The notes under the pieces: generated by a model
Database searches by the model: none
What the model was told of the DNA's origin: nothing
Seen by the model: the letters and a program-made list of their open reading frames with translations, nothing else
NCBI GenBank assembly: GCA_013265495.1
Contig: MU057640.1
Span: 1,947,405 to 2,011,404, forward strand
Direction of reading: 5' to 3'
DNA length: 64,000 nucleotides
Origin: Vicugna vicugna
Taxonomy: Eukaryota
Made by a program: the position numbers and the translations under genes
Part shown: positions 42,501 to 55,522 of the stretch, piece after piece
Numbering within the stretch: the stretch's first letter is position 1
Layout: each line of letters begins with the position of its first letter

Positions 42501-43219
42501 TGTACCAATTCTTTCCTGCTACATCCTAGAGTGATAGATGGTTAAGAAATGAGTCAGGATTACAGTTAAGGAATCAACTTTCTAGTGAGGAATAGAATGG
42601 AACCACTTTATTTCTTCTCTTTTCCTTATTATAACTAGGGTATTTAAAGAGTGCTATGTGAATATAATTAAGACTGAGAAGAAAATGTACAAAACCAGTT
42701 GGGAGGAACACATATGCACCACATATGCAAGCGAAAGAGGGAATGTTCTCGTTTGAGTAAGAATCTCCCAGCTGACAATTCCAACTTCATCTAGGCCCAC
42801 TCTGCTCAATTGGTGAGAGCACTTTCTGATAGGACCAAGATGATAGAATGTGTTGACCCTGCTTTATCTACTTTGCAGCTGCAGACTGCTCCCCTGACCC
42901 TGACTAGCCATCTGTAAATGCAACCATTGTTCAAAAGATGATCAATGGAGGAGGCTGATGAAAGCTATGCAGATTTATCGTCTTAGGAAACAAAGCTACA
43001 ACTGAAAGTACATTCTGTCATGGGGGTGGGTTAGCCTTATGTTTGTACATGAAAAGAACACAGACCAGCATCCTTGTAGAGTTCATAGAAGACCCATAGG
43101 TTTGAAGCTGCAGGTTCCACAGCAGTTAACGTCTCACAGCAAGGATTGCTTCTGTGTCCTTTGCCTTCAACGTCCCAGCTCCACCCAGAGACCATTTGGA
43201 TAATTACCATCTGCCCCTT

Positions 43220-43800
43220 TAGACCAGGCTAGTCTAGTCGGCTACATTTTCTCTCCATGCCAGTCACACACGCTCTTCCACTATTTCCTCTGCCTGAAAT
43301 AGTCTTCCTCTAGGTACCTAGGGCTAGAACTCACGTCTTTCAAGTTTTTACTCAAAAATCATCTTCTCTGGGAGGCCTTCCAGCCATCCTGGCTGACATT
43401 TACCACTCCTTCAACGTTTAAAAATTCCCCTTCATTGCTTTATTTTTTTTCCTTCCTGGGCTATATAAGTATCTATCATACCCCACAGCTTACATATTTA
43501 TCTTATTTTCTATCATCCTTAATATAATGTAAACTCCCTGAAGGAGAGGTTTTGGTCTGTTTTGTTGACTATATTATCCCCAGTGACCAGTACAATATCT
43601 GCCACATGGTTGACTCTTAATTCGTATTTGTTGAATGGATGACTGAAAGAATTTGTGTGATTAGTTGATCAATGCATCTGATTCCCCTCCTAGAACATGA
43701 ACTCTAAGAAACCAAGCCTGTGTCATTCATTCCTGTACCTGGAGAGCTGAATCCAGAGCTTAGCCGGTAGCCAATACTCAGTAAGAATTTTTTAATTAAG
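43220..43800 (+). mobile_element. L2 3' end(s)
   Basis: GTTTTGTTGACTATATTATCCCCAGTG...GTATTTGTTGAATGGATGA tail. Confidence 0.75.
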
Positions 43801-46024
43801 TAATTAAAAATATCAATAATGCCAGTGTTGAGAGAAGGAATTTACTGGTGGGAACATGGTAATGCAGGTATCTTCACAGCTATGAGGCTGCCTAAACAGT
43901 TTCCAAATTAACGTCAGAGTAATACTGGGTATTGTTAGGGGTCACTTTTCATATTTGCTTAGGGTCTGACGACTTGAAATGATACACAATAGTGTGTGGT
44001 GGTGGTGGTATTGTATCAAGCTTGGAGTTCAAGTTCTAAAAGTCAACACATAGAGTCAAAACCATATCTACGAAAATGTATCATTACAAATCTCTTATAT
44101 ATATGATTAAAAATCCAGCACAGATAACAAGGCTTTATGTATTCTGTGCTATCTCTCTGTAGGTTCAACACAGCCAGTTTCCCCCAGAGTTGGAACAGAT
44201 GGCCATGGCTGTTTCTTTGGTTGAGCACCAGATGAAGTAGTTGGCTTGAATTGAAGGACCATATTGTTGGGGGGAAAATTACATATATATGTATATATTC
44301 ATCTGTATTATTTTCTTTTGTTGAACATATAGTTGACTTCAAGCAACTTCAACACTTGTGTATGTAACTCCATTGCACTATTTGGTCCTCAGTGTTGTCA
44401 GATGCTCTTCATTGTTTATCATGGAAACAGGTGTAAGGAGGTGGGAAATAACCCTCTGGGAGGATAACAATAGTTGGCATAACCAGTAGAAGAATGTCAA
44501 CCACAGTGATTTTCCAAATTAAAAAAAAAAGCTTTTTATCTAAATTGTAAATAGGCTCTAAATCCCTACAAAAAATAATAAAGAGCAGGTGTGGAGCGAC
44601 TGCTACGTGCTGGGTACTAGGTTCTTTGTGTATATTGTCTCACTGAACTGCCTGGTAGCAACCCTTTGAAGGAAGTATTACAATCCCTGAGACCCTGCTG
44701 TGATTCTTCACAACAGCCAGGCGGGCATGAAGGCTTGGCACATTGCCTGAAAGAACACATTTGGCTGTAGCCAGTGATGGAGACACTCCCAGTCCAGGGC
44801 ATGATACAAACATTCCTGTCCTTTTCTCTTGGGTCGTCGTTTAGTTCACACCGAGTCTGCCTTGTGGAGATCCTTGGAAAACTCTTCCCCACTCCACAAA
44901 TGTACCTGGGAGTATCTATTTTAAAATGGTAATAAAAGAAAATCAACTTGTTTCAAGAGTTCTGCATTATGGTGCTCATTATACTGGTACTGTTGGAAAA
45001 TTTTCTAATCCATTTTGATGGGAACTTGTGAGCTACTTATAAACCAACTCATTTAAGAGGGGGAAAGAATCATGTCCACTTCCTATGTTTCTCTTTTGAA
45101 CATATTTTCTGCTTAGTGTCCTTTTTCCTACATTAGAAAAATTCTTTGCTTTAATATGCTCTCAGTGAAAAGACTACTTACTAATATAGCACCACTGCTT
45201 CAGACAAGCAGCATTGGAATATTCCACCTTGGCCATTTTTTTTACTGTTCCTCCTATGTTTTCTCCTTAGCCTCTTTAGGTATCCCAGTTGTCTTCCACA
45301 TCTCCCGAAAACATATTTAATATAGATCATAAGCATGGTCCATGTTGCCAAAATGTCTAAACCTTCTATCATTTTCCCTTCCCTTCTTTTTTATCCCTTC
45401 TTCTTCAGGAACCTGGCTTTGTACCACCACCAGACACTGTGTTCAAACTGAGGACAAAGAACTCTAGTTGGCCACACTGAGGAAGATGGAAAACGTGCTG
45501 AGGGAGGAGGCAGAGATGTGGCGATGTGACTGCATCTCACAGTGATGTATGACGACACTGGTTCTTGAGGAATTTAAGTAGCCTTTCCCATGTTACCCAA
45601 TTAGTAAATAGCAGTGCTGGGAGTTGAACCCGGGTCAGCAAGGCTCCAAGACACCTGCGGTTTCCATTACACCCCACTGTTTATCATAGGCAGCAAAATC
45701 CTACTAAATGCAGTTTGGGGGCAACAATGATGGGCAGACTTTGTATGAACAGGCAGAATCGTGTGTGGTTCACTAAGTGCGCCTGGTTGTGTGACCTTGG
45801 GGGTGGGGGGGAGACGGGCCAGGCTAAGTAAAGGACTTTCCTGAGATGTCCAGTAACAGCGTTTACTCTGTATATGAGACAGTGCTGTGTGCTTTGCAGA
45901 AGACACAGGGCATCCTAGAAGACACAGTCTAGTTAAAGGAAAAGTCTATGTCTTGTAAAAGTCAGGGCACCTCCTGGGAACAGAGAGCACACTCAAACTG
46001 TACAATTAAGAAGAGTTTAAGGGA

Positions 46025-46291
46025 AAGCAGACTTATAGAGAACAAACTAGTGGCTACCAATAGGGAGAGAGAAAGGGGGAGGAGCAACTTAGGGGTAGGG
46101 AGTTAAAAGGTACAAAATATTATATATAAAATAAGCAACAAGGATACATTGCACAATTTGGGGAAAATAGCCAATATTTTATAACAACTATAAAGAGAGT
46201 ATAACCTTTAAAAATTGTGAATCACTATACTGTACACCTATAACTTATATTGTACATCAATTACACTTCAATAAAAAATTACATAAAAAAG
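46025..46291 (+). mobile_element. Short lineage-type L1 3' end inside an older LTR remnant
   Basis: GAGAACAAACTAGTGGCTACC...GTACATCAATTACACTTCAATAAAAAA; 16-bp TSD AGAAGAGTTTAAGGGA/AGAAGAGTTTGAGGGA. Confidence 0.88.
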
Positions 46292-47464
46292 AGAAGAGTT
46301 TGAGGGACTAGTCTATTTATATAGGTGTGGGTGAGGTTTAGGAAATTGGGCCAGCATCCATGGGATTCTGTAACCCACCCCCAACACAGCAGGGGCAAGG
46401 GGAAGGGGCAGAGCATCACTGTGTGAAGAGAGAGGGACCCTCCCCTCTTTCAGGAGCTGTAACCTTCAGTAGAGAAAAGCAGCCAGCCCATGGTGACCCA
46501 TGAGGGAGGCAGCCACAGTAATAAATATCTCAACCTCACTCTACTCTTCAGTCTTCTGATGATGCTTTCCATTAGCTAATCCCAACCAGAAGCTGGAGGG
46601 CAAGCACTGATTCCATCCATAAAGCCAGACTCCCAGGCACAGTAAAGAATGAAAAAGGGTAGAGAGTGAATCTCAAAGGGCAGATGAAAGATAATTTTAT
46701 AAATTGGCACACCACTTAAGTATATTGCAGAGGCTGCTAATTACGAGAGTACTACTGTAAATTATTTTGTGAAATAATATCCTCTTTATACACCTTCACT
46801 TCACAGTATCATTTTTAATGTATCCCGATGGTCTCTTATTAGGTTAGTTTCAAATAAGAACAGCCCAAATTAAATACTGAAATAGAATGGCTTCCTGCCT
46901 CACCCAAAGTGAGAGGCAAGGTGAGCTTAAGCCTTCCGAATGAGTGCATTTCAATTACGTCGCATAGTTAATGTTTCTGCTCAGTTCTCTTTTCATTGTG
47001 TAACTTCATTTCACTCATTCGGATTTTTCTCCATCATTCTTTATATCTTCCTTCCATTTTGCTCACTCCTTTCCTCCAGTAAAAAAATGGGTTGCTTGGC
47101 TCTTGCCTCCATCGGCAGAGGCTTGGAAATAATGCACCATGGCAGCTTTGCAAGGATTTTTCTCTTTCCTCCCTCCAGAGAGAAAAACAAAAGGGTAAGG
47201 ATGGCTTGAGGGATTCGGTCAGAATGTTGTTTGATTGGAATTTGCAGCTGTTTCTGGATGGCAGGAGTCACTGGAGGGAAACAATGTGCTCAGGGACTGA
47301 AGGAAATGGTTTGGCTCCGATCTGTCCCAAGTCTCCTGGTGAGGAATTTCTCATTGTTAGAGAGGCTGCTACTCAACAAAGATTTTGCGTCTTTCTACAG
47401 AGTGTGTGTCGGGGGAGAGGCATGGGAATTTCACATGGGACAGGAGCAAAGAAGGCAAAGGCAA

Positions 47465-47493
47465 AATAAATAAATAAATAAATAAATAAAATA
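47465..47493 (+). repeat. (AAAT)n microsatellite
   Basis: Read directly. Confidence 0.9.
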
Positions 47494-48080
47494 ATAATTC
47501 TAACTGGCCTTTGTTCCGGGCACAATCCATTTACTCCCTAGGCTCTGGCTTAGATGTGTATCTCAAGAAGGATTCACCATTAATTTCTAAGAGCCTGAGG
47601 GCTGGGATGAGTCAGTGAGATATCTATTTTCACCCAAACAGCAAAATAAAGATGGGTTGGTATAGGCTGATGGATCTAGTTGATGAATGAATGAGTGAAA
47701 ACTGTCCACTAGAAGATTTTCCAATGACGTTTATATGGAGGCTCATTTTGGCTTCTCATCAAGCATGAAAGGCTAAATTTATGCCCTTGAGTCCTGCTAG
47801 TTCTATAGGTCTATAGGACAGATGAATCCATACACACCTTTGCCCTCATATGTATGTGTTACGGGCACTATTTGAAGAAGGCTCTGAAATTGTGTTTTCT
47901 TCTCTAGTACTACCCCTGCCATAGATCGTGTAATTTTTATGGAAGGAGTCTAAAACACTCTGCAGTTAGGCAAAGATCAGGTGAGGCGGGTTGTGGAGAC
48001 CTACCCAACTTTCATTCCAGCTTCTCTTGGTAGATATTTCAATTTACTTTTGGGTTCACATATATTCCCCCCAAAGTTAG

Positions 48081-48536
48081 TGCTATGGATTGAACTGGGT
48101 TCCCCTAAAAAGATATTGAAATCCTAAACCCCAATACCTATGAGCGGGACCTTCTTTGGAAATAGGGTCTTTGCAGATGATCAGGTTAGGATGAGGGCAT
48201 TAGGGTGGGCCCTAATCTAATACAACTTACATCCTTATGAAAAGGGCAAATTTGGACAGAGACACAGACTTGCATAAAGGGAAGACAATGTGAAGATGCA
48301 GGGAGGAGACAATGATCTACAGACAACCATCTATAGGCCAAGAGCACCTGAGGCCACCAAAGCTAGAAGAGAGACAGGAATAGATTCTCCAGCACAGCCC
48401 CAACCTTACCAATGCCTTGATTTCAGACTTCCAGCCTCCAGAACTGTGAGACAATAAATCTCTGTTTTTTAAGCCCCCCTTCCCCCTCCCCTCAGTTTGT
48501 GGTGCTTTGTGACGTCAGCCCCAGGAAACCAATACA
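48081..48536 (+). mobile_element. MaLR LTR (MLT1B/C-like)
   Basis: TG...CA termini, TTTGGAAATAGGGTCTTTGCAGATG, CAGCCTCCAGAACTGTGAGACAATAAAT; TSD GTTAG/GTTAT. Confidence 0.9.
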
Positions 48537-49804
48537 GTTATGTTTGATGGAATCTTCTGGTACAATCCTTTAATTTCTTCAACGAAGAAATTGAAGTTTA
48601 AAAAGTAAAATGGCTTAGTCAGTCACAGAACCAGTTGGGGATAAAGCTCTAAATTCCCAGATCATCTTTCCGCCCATTGATATAACTGGTCTGATCTAGA
48701 TGAATCACAAAAACAGGCTTCTACTATTGGCTCAAGAGGTGGAGAAATGACATCACTGTCTTCTAATGTATATGCTACATGGCTTTAACAGTTTGGAACC
48801 AGATTTTGGCATTATTAACGTGGAGCTGGAGTGCTCATTCTGTGTCAGTGTCAATGAATTTGTCTCTGTGTCAGTGAAGTTCACTTAATGCTCACTGGTT
48901 TATTTTTTAAAAACCTACAGAAACTTCAAGATTGTTAGTGGGATATGTATCCATATTACACCTTATACATGAAAAGTGGTGACTACTTGGGGCACCTCTT
49001 GGGAAGGTTAAGGAAAATTTCACCTATATTGATGGTGGCTTCTCTTACAAAAATCTAAAGTTCTGGTGAAGCTGCTGGAGCTCATGAGCCAGATTAAGTT
49101 GTGACTGGTGGGGCACAGAGTAGGAAGGATCTCGCCTGCTTGGCTCAGTCCCCTTCAGCCACTCCTAGGACCAACATTCTGCCTTGCAGTGCCCTGCCTG
49201 GGTGGTGGGGGATGTGAGGGTCCGTTAATCTCTCGACACCTGACTCTCTTTTGGTCCTTACTCAGAGCTCTCAGCCGCCAGTCCCAAGATGAGGGAGGGA
49301 AGGAGTCAGCCCTTCCGTTTTCTTGCTCTCTGGACGCCAGCACAGCTCACGTCTCACATATCTTCCCCAGGCTTCTCCCCATGCTCCTCCCAACTGGCCA
49401 CTCCCTGCCAGAGAGGTGGCTAGCAACTGGGTTTGAATTGGGAGAGAAAGGTATCACCCTTCATGCCATCATCATCAGGCTCTGGTGCATCCAAGACAAA
49501 CACTACATACGCAAATGTTCAATTGAAGTTCAAGACTTTGGGCCCAAAGGACATGGACTCCCAACATAATAATTGAAAAAAGGCAGCTTCTCAGAGAAGA
49601 TTGGAATTTGTTTGCCTGCATGAAAATTTTGATTTTGTGTCTGGAGAAATGGAGAGGAATTTTAGTGAAGGGAGAGGCAGAAAAGAAGGAAAAAGCTGTC
49701 TCATCACTATCTGACACAGTTTGAATCCCTGTGGTTGAGGACCAGGGCAAACAGTGGGCCCAACTGTTTAAGAGAGACTTTGTGATGCATGCATCTTCCT
49801 TAGG

Positions 49805-50074
49805 AAGGGCCACATTACAACTTTCAAGGGCTTGGGGCACTTCTGTCTTCTTAGGCCCCTTCCTCTATGAAAAATATGATAAATTATATTTTATAACTGT
49901 GTTGATTTAAATGTGAATTTATTAAAATCAAATATGAAAACATTGTTGGGGGCCCTAAAGTTCCGTTTTTTTCTTCTGACTTTAAAAGAACTTAAAACTC
50001 TTTCATGGGCCCCTAAAAGTACTGTGGACCCCAGGTGCTGTGTTTATTGTGTCTAACAGACAAGCTGGCCCAGG
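49805..50074. mobile_element. hAT-Tip100-like non-autonomous element
   Basis: AGGGCC...GGCCC termini and internal GGGCCC(C)TA repeats. Confidence 0.45.
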
Positions 50075-50836
50075 CTTTAGCGCCCTGAAAATGAAGTGAG
50101 GCACAGAGTTAGGAAGGAGACCCTTCTTCCAGCTTCTGCATGAAATTCATACCCACTCTGATATCCTCATCATGAGAGGCTTTGGGAAGACCCAAAGAGG
50201 GCACCCAAGGCATGGACTCTGGCACTCTTACGATGGGTGGTGTCATGGTCAAGGTTACTTAAAGTTGTTCTGAGATCAACACACATGAATATGTGGGAGC
50301 TAATGCAGGAGAGGACAATCAGGATGGACAACTCATGATGACTGTGGTGACATTTTTACATTTTGGAGACATTAATCAAGGCATTTCCCTCCTGCAACTC
50401 TTTAAACCCTTTAATCTTCCCTGATATTAACTAGATGTATTCCCACAGAGGACAAATGATAACATAGGGTTTCAAAAGCCAATACATTTCCCCCACTAAT
50501 TTTATGAAGATTTTAAATTTATTTACAGTAAAATTTATCCTGTATACTCTGTGGTTCTGTGAATTTTGACCAAAGTATATAGTCATGTAACCACCATCAC
50601 AGTCAAGTTCCATCACCCCCTCAATTCCCCTGGTATCTCTTTGTAGTCAGCCATTTCGTCCACCCCAGCCCCAACCACAGGCAATTCCCGATAGGGTTTC
50701 CATCCTTACAGTTTTGTCTTTGCGAGAATGTCTTATCAATGGAATCATATTGTACGTAGCCTTTTGACTTTCTTTTCACTTAGCATAAAGTGTTTAAGAT
50801 TTATCCATTTTGTTGTATATATCAGCAGTTTGTTCT

Positions 50837-51642
50837 TACAATTCTGGTACCAATTTCAATGTGTGTGTGTATTTTTAACACACTACTGAGCAATTCTCTG
50901 ACACCAGCTAGGTGTTCTACAATTCAGCTTAATTCTGACACTATCTACCCAGAGACACCATCAGATCCCACAGGTTAAGAGCTCAGTCCCACAAAACTGC
51001 TCCCCACTTTAGATAACAGATGCAAATCCAGGTTGTTACTTGTGCTTCAGATCGACTAGCTAAAAAGGAATCCTATTGCCCTGTCCTTGGATTCAATTAA
51101 TTTGCAAGAGTGGCTATTTTTACTTTACTAATTTCTTACTTACTAAATTTTACTTACGAACTTACCAGTTTACTATAAAAAGATATAACTCAGGAATAAC
51201 CAGCTGAAGAGATACATAGGGCAATGTATGTGGGAAGGGGTGTGGAGCTTCCATGCTCTCCCCAAATCTCCACATGTTCACAAACCCAGAAGCTCTCTGA
51301 ACCCTATCTTTTTGGGATTTCATAAAGGCTTCATTACATAAGCATGATTGATTAACTCTTTGACCATTGGTGATAGAATTCAATTTCTAGCCCTCGGTCC
51401 TCCCTGGAGGAAGGGGTGGGGCGAAGTGGGGGTCTGAAAGTTCCAACTCTCTACTCACTTGGTTGGCTCCACTGGCAACCAGCTCCCATCCATAGGTGTG
51501 GGTAGAGAAGTCAGCTCATTAATATAACAGAAGATACATTTTACACTCTCCTTGCTGGAAATTCCAAGGGTTTTAGGAGCCCTGTGCCAGGAAGTAGATG
51601 AAGGCCAAATATATGAATCTTATTGTAGATCACAATATCACA
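50837..51642 (-). mobile_element. MER21-like solo LTR
   Basis: Minus strand begins TGTGATATTGTGATCTACAATAAG...CCTGGCACAGGGCTCCTAAAACCCTTGGAATTTCC; TSD GTTCT/GTTCC. Confidence 0.85.
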
Positions 51643-51686
51643 GTTCCTTTTTGTTGCATTGTATAGATGTACCACAGTTTATCCAC

Positions 51687-52139
51687 TGTGACAATAAAGG
51701 GAAACCTCACTAAAATGCTATCAAGAGGCCAGCAGGGGGAGTGCTCACACACTTATCACTTGAGGTTGGTGCAAATCCCAACAGGAAGAGATGTACCTTG
51801 CATCTCCAGCAAGAATTGACACTGCTTTACAGCTGCCAGCAGGAGGAAGATAGACTTTCTCCTTGCCTGGCAGCAACTTAGCCAATGAGAGACTGTGACA
51901 ACTCAGCCAATGGAAAGTCACTATTCTTCAAAGTCCCAGTTCCCTCTAATGAACTTTTTGTTTATAACAGCTCCTCCTAACTTCCCCTTCTCCTCTATAA
52001 AAGAGTTGACTCTCTTTTGTTCTTCTGGGCTTGCATGTGGTTTGCCATAGTTGCAAGTCCTGAACTGCAATTCTTCACTCTTCCCAAATAAACTTGTTTT
52101 GCTGGTAAAATAACTGGCTGTTTTATTTGTTTAGTAACA
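51687..52139 (+). mobile_element. ERV1-class solo LTR
   Basis: TG...CA termini, AGCCAATG boxes, CTATAAAA, AATAAA; imperfect 4-bp TSD CCAC/CTAT. Confidence 0.8.
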
Positions 52140-52514
52140 CTATTCACCTGCTGAGGGACATTTGGGTTTTTTCAGTATTTGGTGATTGTAAATAAAGACA
52201 CTGTAAACATTGGTGTAGATCTGTGTGTGTGAATATAGATTTTTATTTCACAGAGTAAAAACCTGGGAGTAGAGTTGCTGGGTCGCATGGTAAGTATATG
52301 TTCAATTTTATGAGAAACTGATAAAACTGTTTTCCAAAGTGGCTGTATTATTTTGCATCCCACCAGCAAAATATGAGACTTCTAGCTGCTCCACATTCTT
52401 GTTAACATTTGATTCTGTCATAGTTTTGAGTATTTATTATTAAGCCATTCCAGTGTATCTCGTGGCAGTTTTAATTTGCATTTCCCCAGTGACTATTCAT
52501 GTTGAGCACCATCC

Positions 52515-53078
52515 TAAGGAGGATTAACAAAATGGCCACACTTAGGCTAACAGATTGCTTATTCTTATGCTTGCCCTTAAAATGGTCAACTGACCTGACT
52601 GACCAGTTGCTACTCACAGTTCCAGGCCCATTGTTAAAACTAAAGCTATTGATCTTACTCTTTCTAATTTATTCCAGTCACTGAATGTAATAATCAAGCT
52701 TGGTCTCTGAGTCCTTCTCCAAGAAGGTCACAGGACTGTAACCTTAACAAAATAGCCTGAATTACCAAGACGACCACACCTTGAGTTCTAACCACCAGCC
52801 TCTATAGAACTGGTCACCTGGAGGCATCATGATGCCATTCTGTCTTCTGATGAGAATATGATTCTGTTGATTGTAATGGATGCTTCATTGTTTGAGCTAT
52901 GGCTATATAACCAGCCCACCCCATCCCCAAGGTGGGCTCACAGTTTTGAAGGCACTAGCCTGCTGTGAGTCCCCTTTGCCCGGCAAAGCAATAAAATTGC
53001 CTCTTTTCTTCTAAGCTCCAAGACCTCGTCTCTGGGTTATTTGGCTCTTCGGGGATGGGGTCCGATCTTTCGGCAACA
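52515..53078 (+). mobile_element. ERV1-class solo LTR
   Basis: Perfect 4-bp TSD ATCC; TATATAA at about 52905, AATAAA at about 52990, ends GGCAACA. Confidence 0.85.
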
Positions 53079-53440
53079 ATCCTATGTGCTTATTTGTTAT
53101 CTACATAACTTCTTTGGTGATATTTCTGTTCAGATCTTCTTTTTTTTTTAGTTTGTTATGTTGACACTTTTTATTCGCAAGAGTCTGGGCCTTTGAGCAT
53201 CAAAAGCCTGGGTCCCATTTCAGCGCAACACTTTGACAGTGATTTGAAGGGAATTCTTCTCCAGCCAGAGTCAGCACTACTTTTTAACTACCACTCCCCA
53301 AACGCCTAAGCAAATATTCATAGGCAAATATTGCAGACAGAATAAATATTTTTTATTCCAAGTGACAGAGGATCTGATAGCAAATCTGTGGGGTCCATAG
53401 ACATCTGGCAGATTCCTGCTCCAAGGCCCTTCAGGCGCCC

Positions 53441-53631
53441 TGTTGCTGCCCTTTAAAGATAACAAAGAACATTCCTTTCCTAGTACATACTGCCTTAGCT
53501 GAACTAACTACCCTAGATAATGATCAACTACACAATGCCCGGAAGCCAGACCACCAGAACCAGTCTAAGCTCCAAGACCTTGTCTCTGGGTTATTTGGCT
53601 TGTCAGGGACAGGGCCAATCTTTTGGCACCA
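53441..53631 (+). mobile_element. Short, internally deleted LTR related to 52515-53078
   Basis: Last ~65 bp (CTAAGCTCCAAGACCT.GTCTCTGGGTTATTTGGCT...) closely match 53010-53078; starts TGTTGC. Confidence 0.65.
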
Positions 53632-53634
53632 TAT

Positions 53635-54306
53635 CTGCAGCATAATTCTGACACTGACTACCTGGAATTAGGACAAACTGCCCAGGTTGAAGGCACAGTC
53701 CTCCTTAAAACTCCTCTCACGTAAGATATCAGCCATAAACTCTGGGGCTCCCAGGCCACCTGCACTTCTCACCAACTAGCTACAAATTTGGAAGTTCCCA
53801 CTAACCCCCTCAGATTTGATAATTCACTAGAACAACTCACAGAACTCAGGAGAGCTCTAGCCAAGCAAAGAGACACACAGGATGGGCTCCGGGAGAGTCA
53901 CAAAGGAAAAGCTTCTGTGTTCTCAGGATGCATCTCCGCACACGGGTGTGTATCACCAACCAGGAAGCTCACTGAGCTTCACAGTTTTTACTGAAGTTAA
54001 TTCTAATAGGCATGATTGATTGAATTATTGGCCAGGCGATTGAGCTCAGTCTCCAGACCCTCCCACCTCTTCCCAGTAGGCTGAGTTGACATCACATGGC
54101 TAGAAGCCCCAATCCTTTAGTCATTAGTTGGTCTTTCTTTTGTGAACAGCCCCCTTCCTGAATCACGTGATCAGTATAAACTCAGATGTGCTCCAAAAGC
54201 CCACTAAGAATAACAAAGATACTCCTATTACTAGGGAAATTCAAAGGATTTAGAGTCTTCCTCCCAGCAACCAGGGACCAAGATGGGTCAAATTCTTTAT
54301 CACACA
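53635..54306 (-). mobile_element. MER21-family LTR
   Basis: AATTCTGACACTGACTACCTGG and CTCCTATTACTAGGGAAATTCAAAGGATTTAG match the other two MER21-like copies. Confidence 0.75.
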
Positions 54307-55380
54307 CCACTATTTAACAGATGTGTTGGACAACCAATGCATTTAAAACTGTGTGGTATATAATAGGCACTCTATAAATGGTAATCACTAGTTATTAATA
54401 TGTGACAACATGTTATAAACTATTAAGAAAAGGTCTTTGTATAATGTCTATTCGGTACCACATGTAAGAAGACACTTAATAAAACATTTTAATGTGCTGA
54501 GATTACTTTCTTTTTGCTACAGTTGTTAGGCCCTTGTGGAACTGGTAGCAGGCTCTCTTTGAAATAAAGACCCGCTAGCAGATCTTTTACTTGTGGGAGA
54601 GAGGGGATTAAATGGAAAGAAGCCAACTTCATTAATAATTATGCTGACATTAAGATAAATTATAAGTAAACAATTTTAATACACAGGATTCAAAGAGGGT
54701 TGGAATAAAATGTTCTTTCCTACCAATAGCCTTTCGTACTACCACTTGAAGATGCCTCCAAAAGCTGTTGCCTCATTTGCTTGCAAAATTTCCTACCTGA
54801 GCTTATCGTAGTTTCAGGGAACTTAAAATATCCCAGGCTGGATTCATGGTTAAGGAAGCCTATGATCACTTTGTTAGAATTTTTCATGTTAACTAAATCA
54901 CAAGTGATATTTAATGATGTGGGAGCTAATATCCCTAATACGACACTACACATTGAAATGATGCAATTTTACCAGAATGGTTCCAATACAGAAGAAAAAT
55001 GATTAGAAGGAAATGCTCCAAAATGCTGGGGGTGATTGTATCAGTTAGGACGGGGGGAATTAAGGATCATTTATTATTTTTTTTCTGAGCTCCCGGCTTG
55101 AAGAAAGTCCTAACTCAAGAGGAGTTGGTATATAATAGGAAGGATGAGAGTAAACTTCAGTCTAGGTAAACTAGATGGAGCCAAAGGAATGTAGATATGG
55201 CCATGGATGAGCAGACCTATGGATGGGGGCCCAGTAGGAAGAATCCTGTAAAAGGTGAAGAAATAAGAATGTATAACTATGACATTCACCACAAAAAGAA
55301 AGAAGGAGAGAACGAGAAGAAAGTTGGAAGAGAATAAGAGAATGCCAATGAGTAGCTTGTCAGAACACGGAGAGGACGTG

Positions 55381-55522
55381 TTTATTACCTTTTTTATTTT
55401 TTTTTTAACAATTTGATTGATTGATTGATTGATGGAGGTACTGGGGATTGAACCCAAGACATTGTGTATTCTAAGCACACGCTCTACCACTGAGCTATAC
55501 CCTCCCCCCCCCGCCCCCCCCC
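55381..55522 (-). mobile_element. vic-1-like SINE with intact A/B boxes
   Basis: Minus strand GGGAGGGTATAGCTCAGTGGTAGAGCG...GGTTCAATCCCCAGTACCTCCA, (ATCA)n/A tail; TSD AGAGGACGTG/AGCGGACGTG. Confidence 0.9.

Larger units (their letters stand above)
50490..53139 (-). mobile_element. L1 (L1MB/MC-like) hosting three LTR insertions
   Basis: Reverse L1 3' UTR/ORF2 motifs that read through across each insertion point. Confidence 0.8.

Noticed and set aside
49108..49569. 153-aa ORF (likewise the 158-aa ORF at 55614-56090)
   Set aside because: Non-ATG starts, no recognisable homology and no splice context.
52515..53631. Possible mini-provirus bounded by two related LTRs
   Set aside because: The first LTR has its own perfect TSD inside the L1, no PBS or polypurine tract is visible, and the intervening DNA is L1 plus an unrelated fragment.
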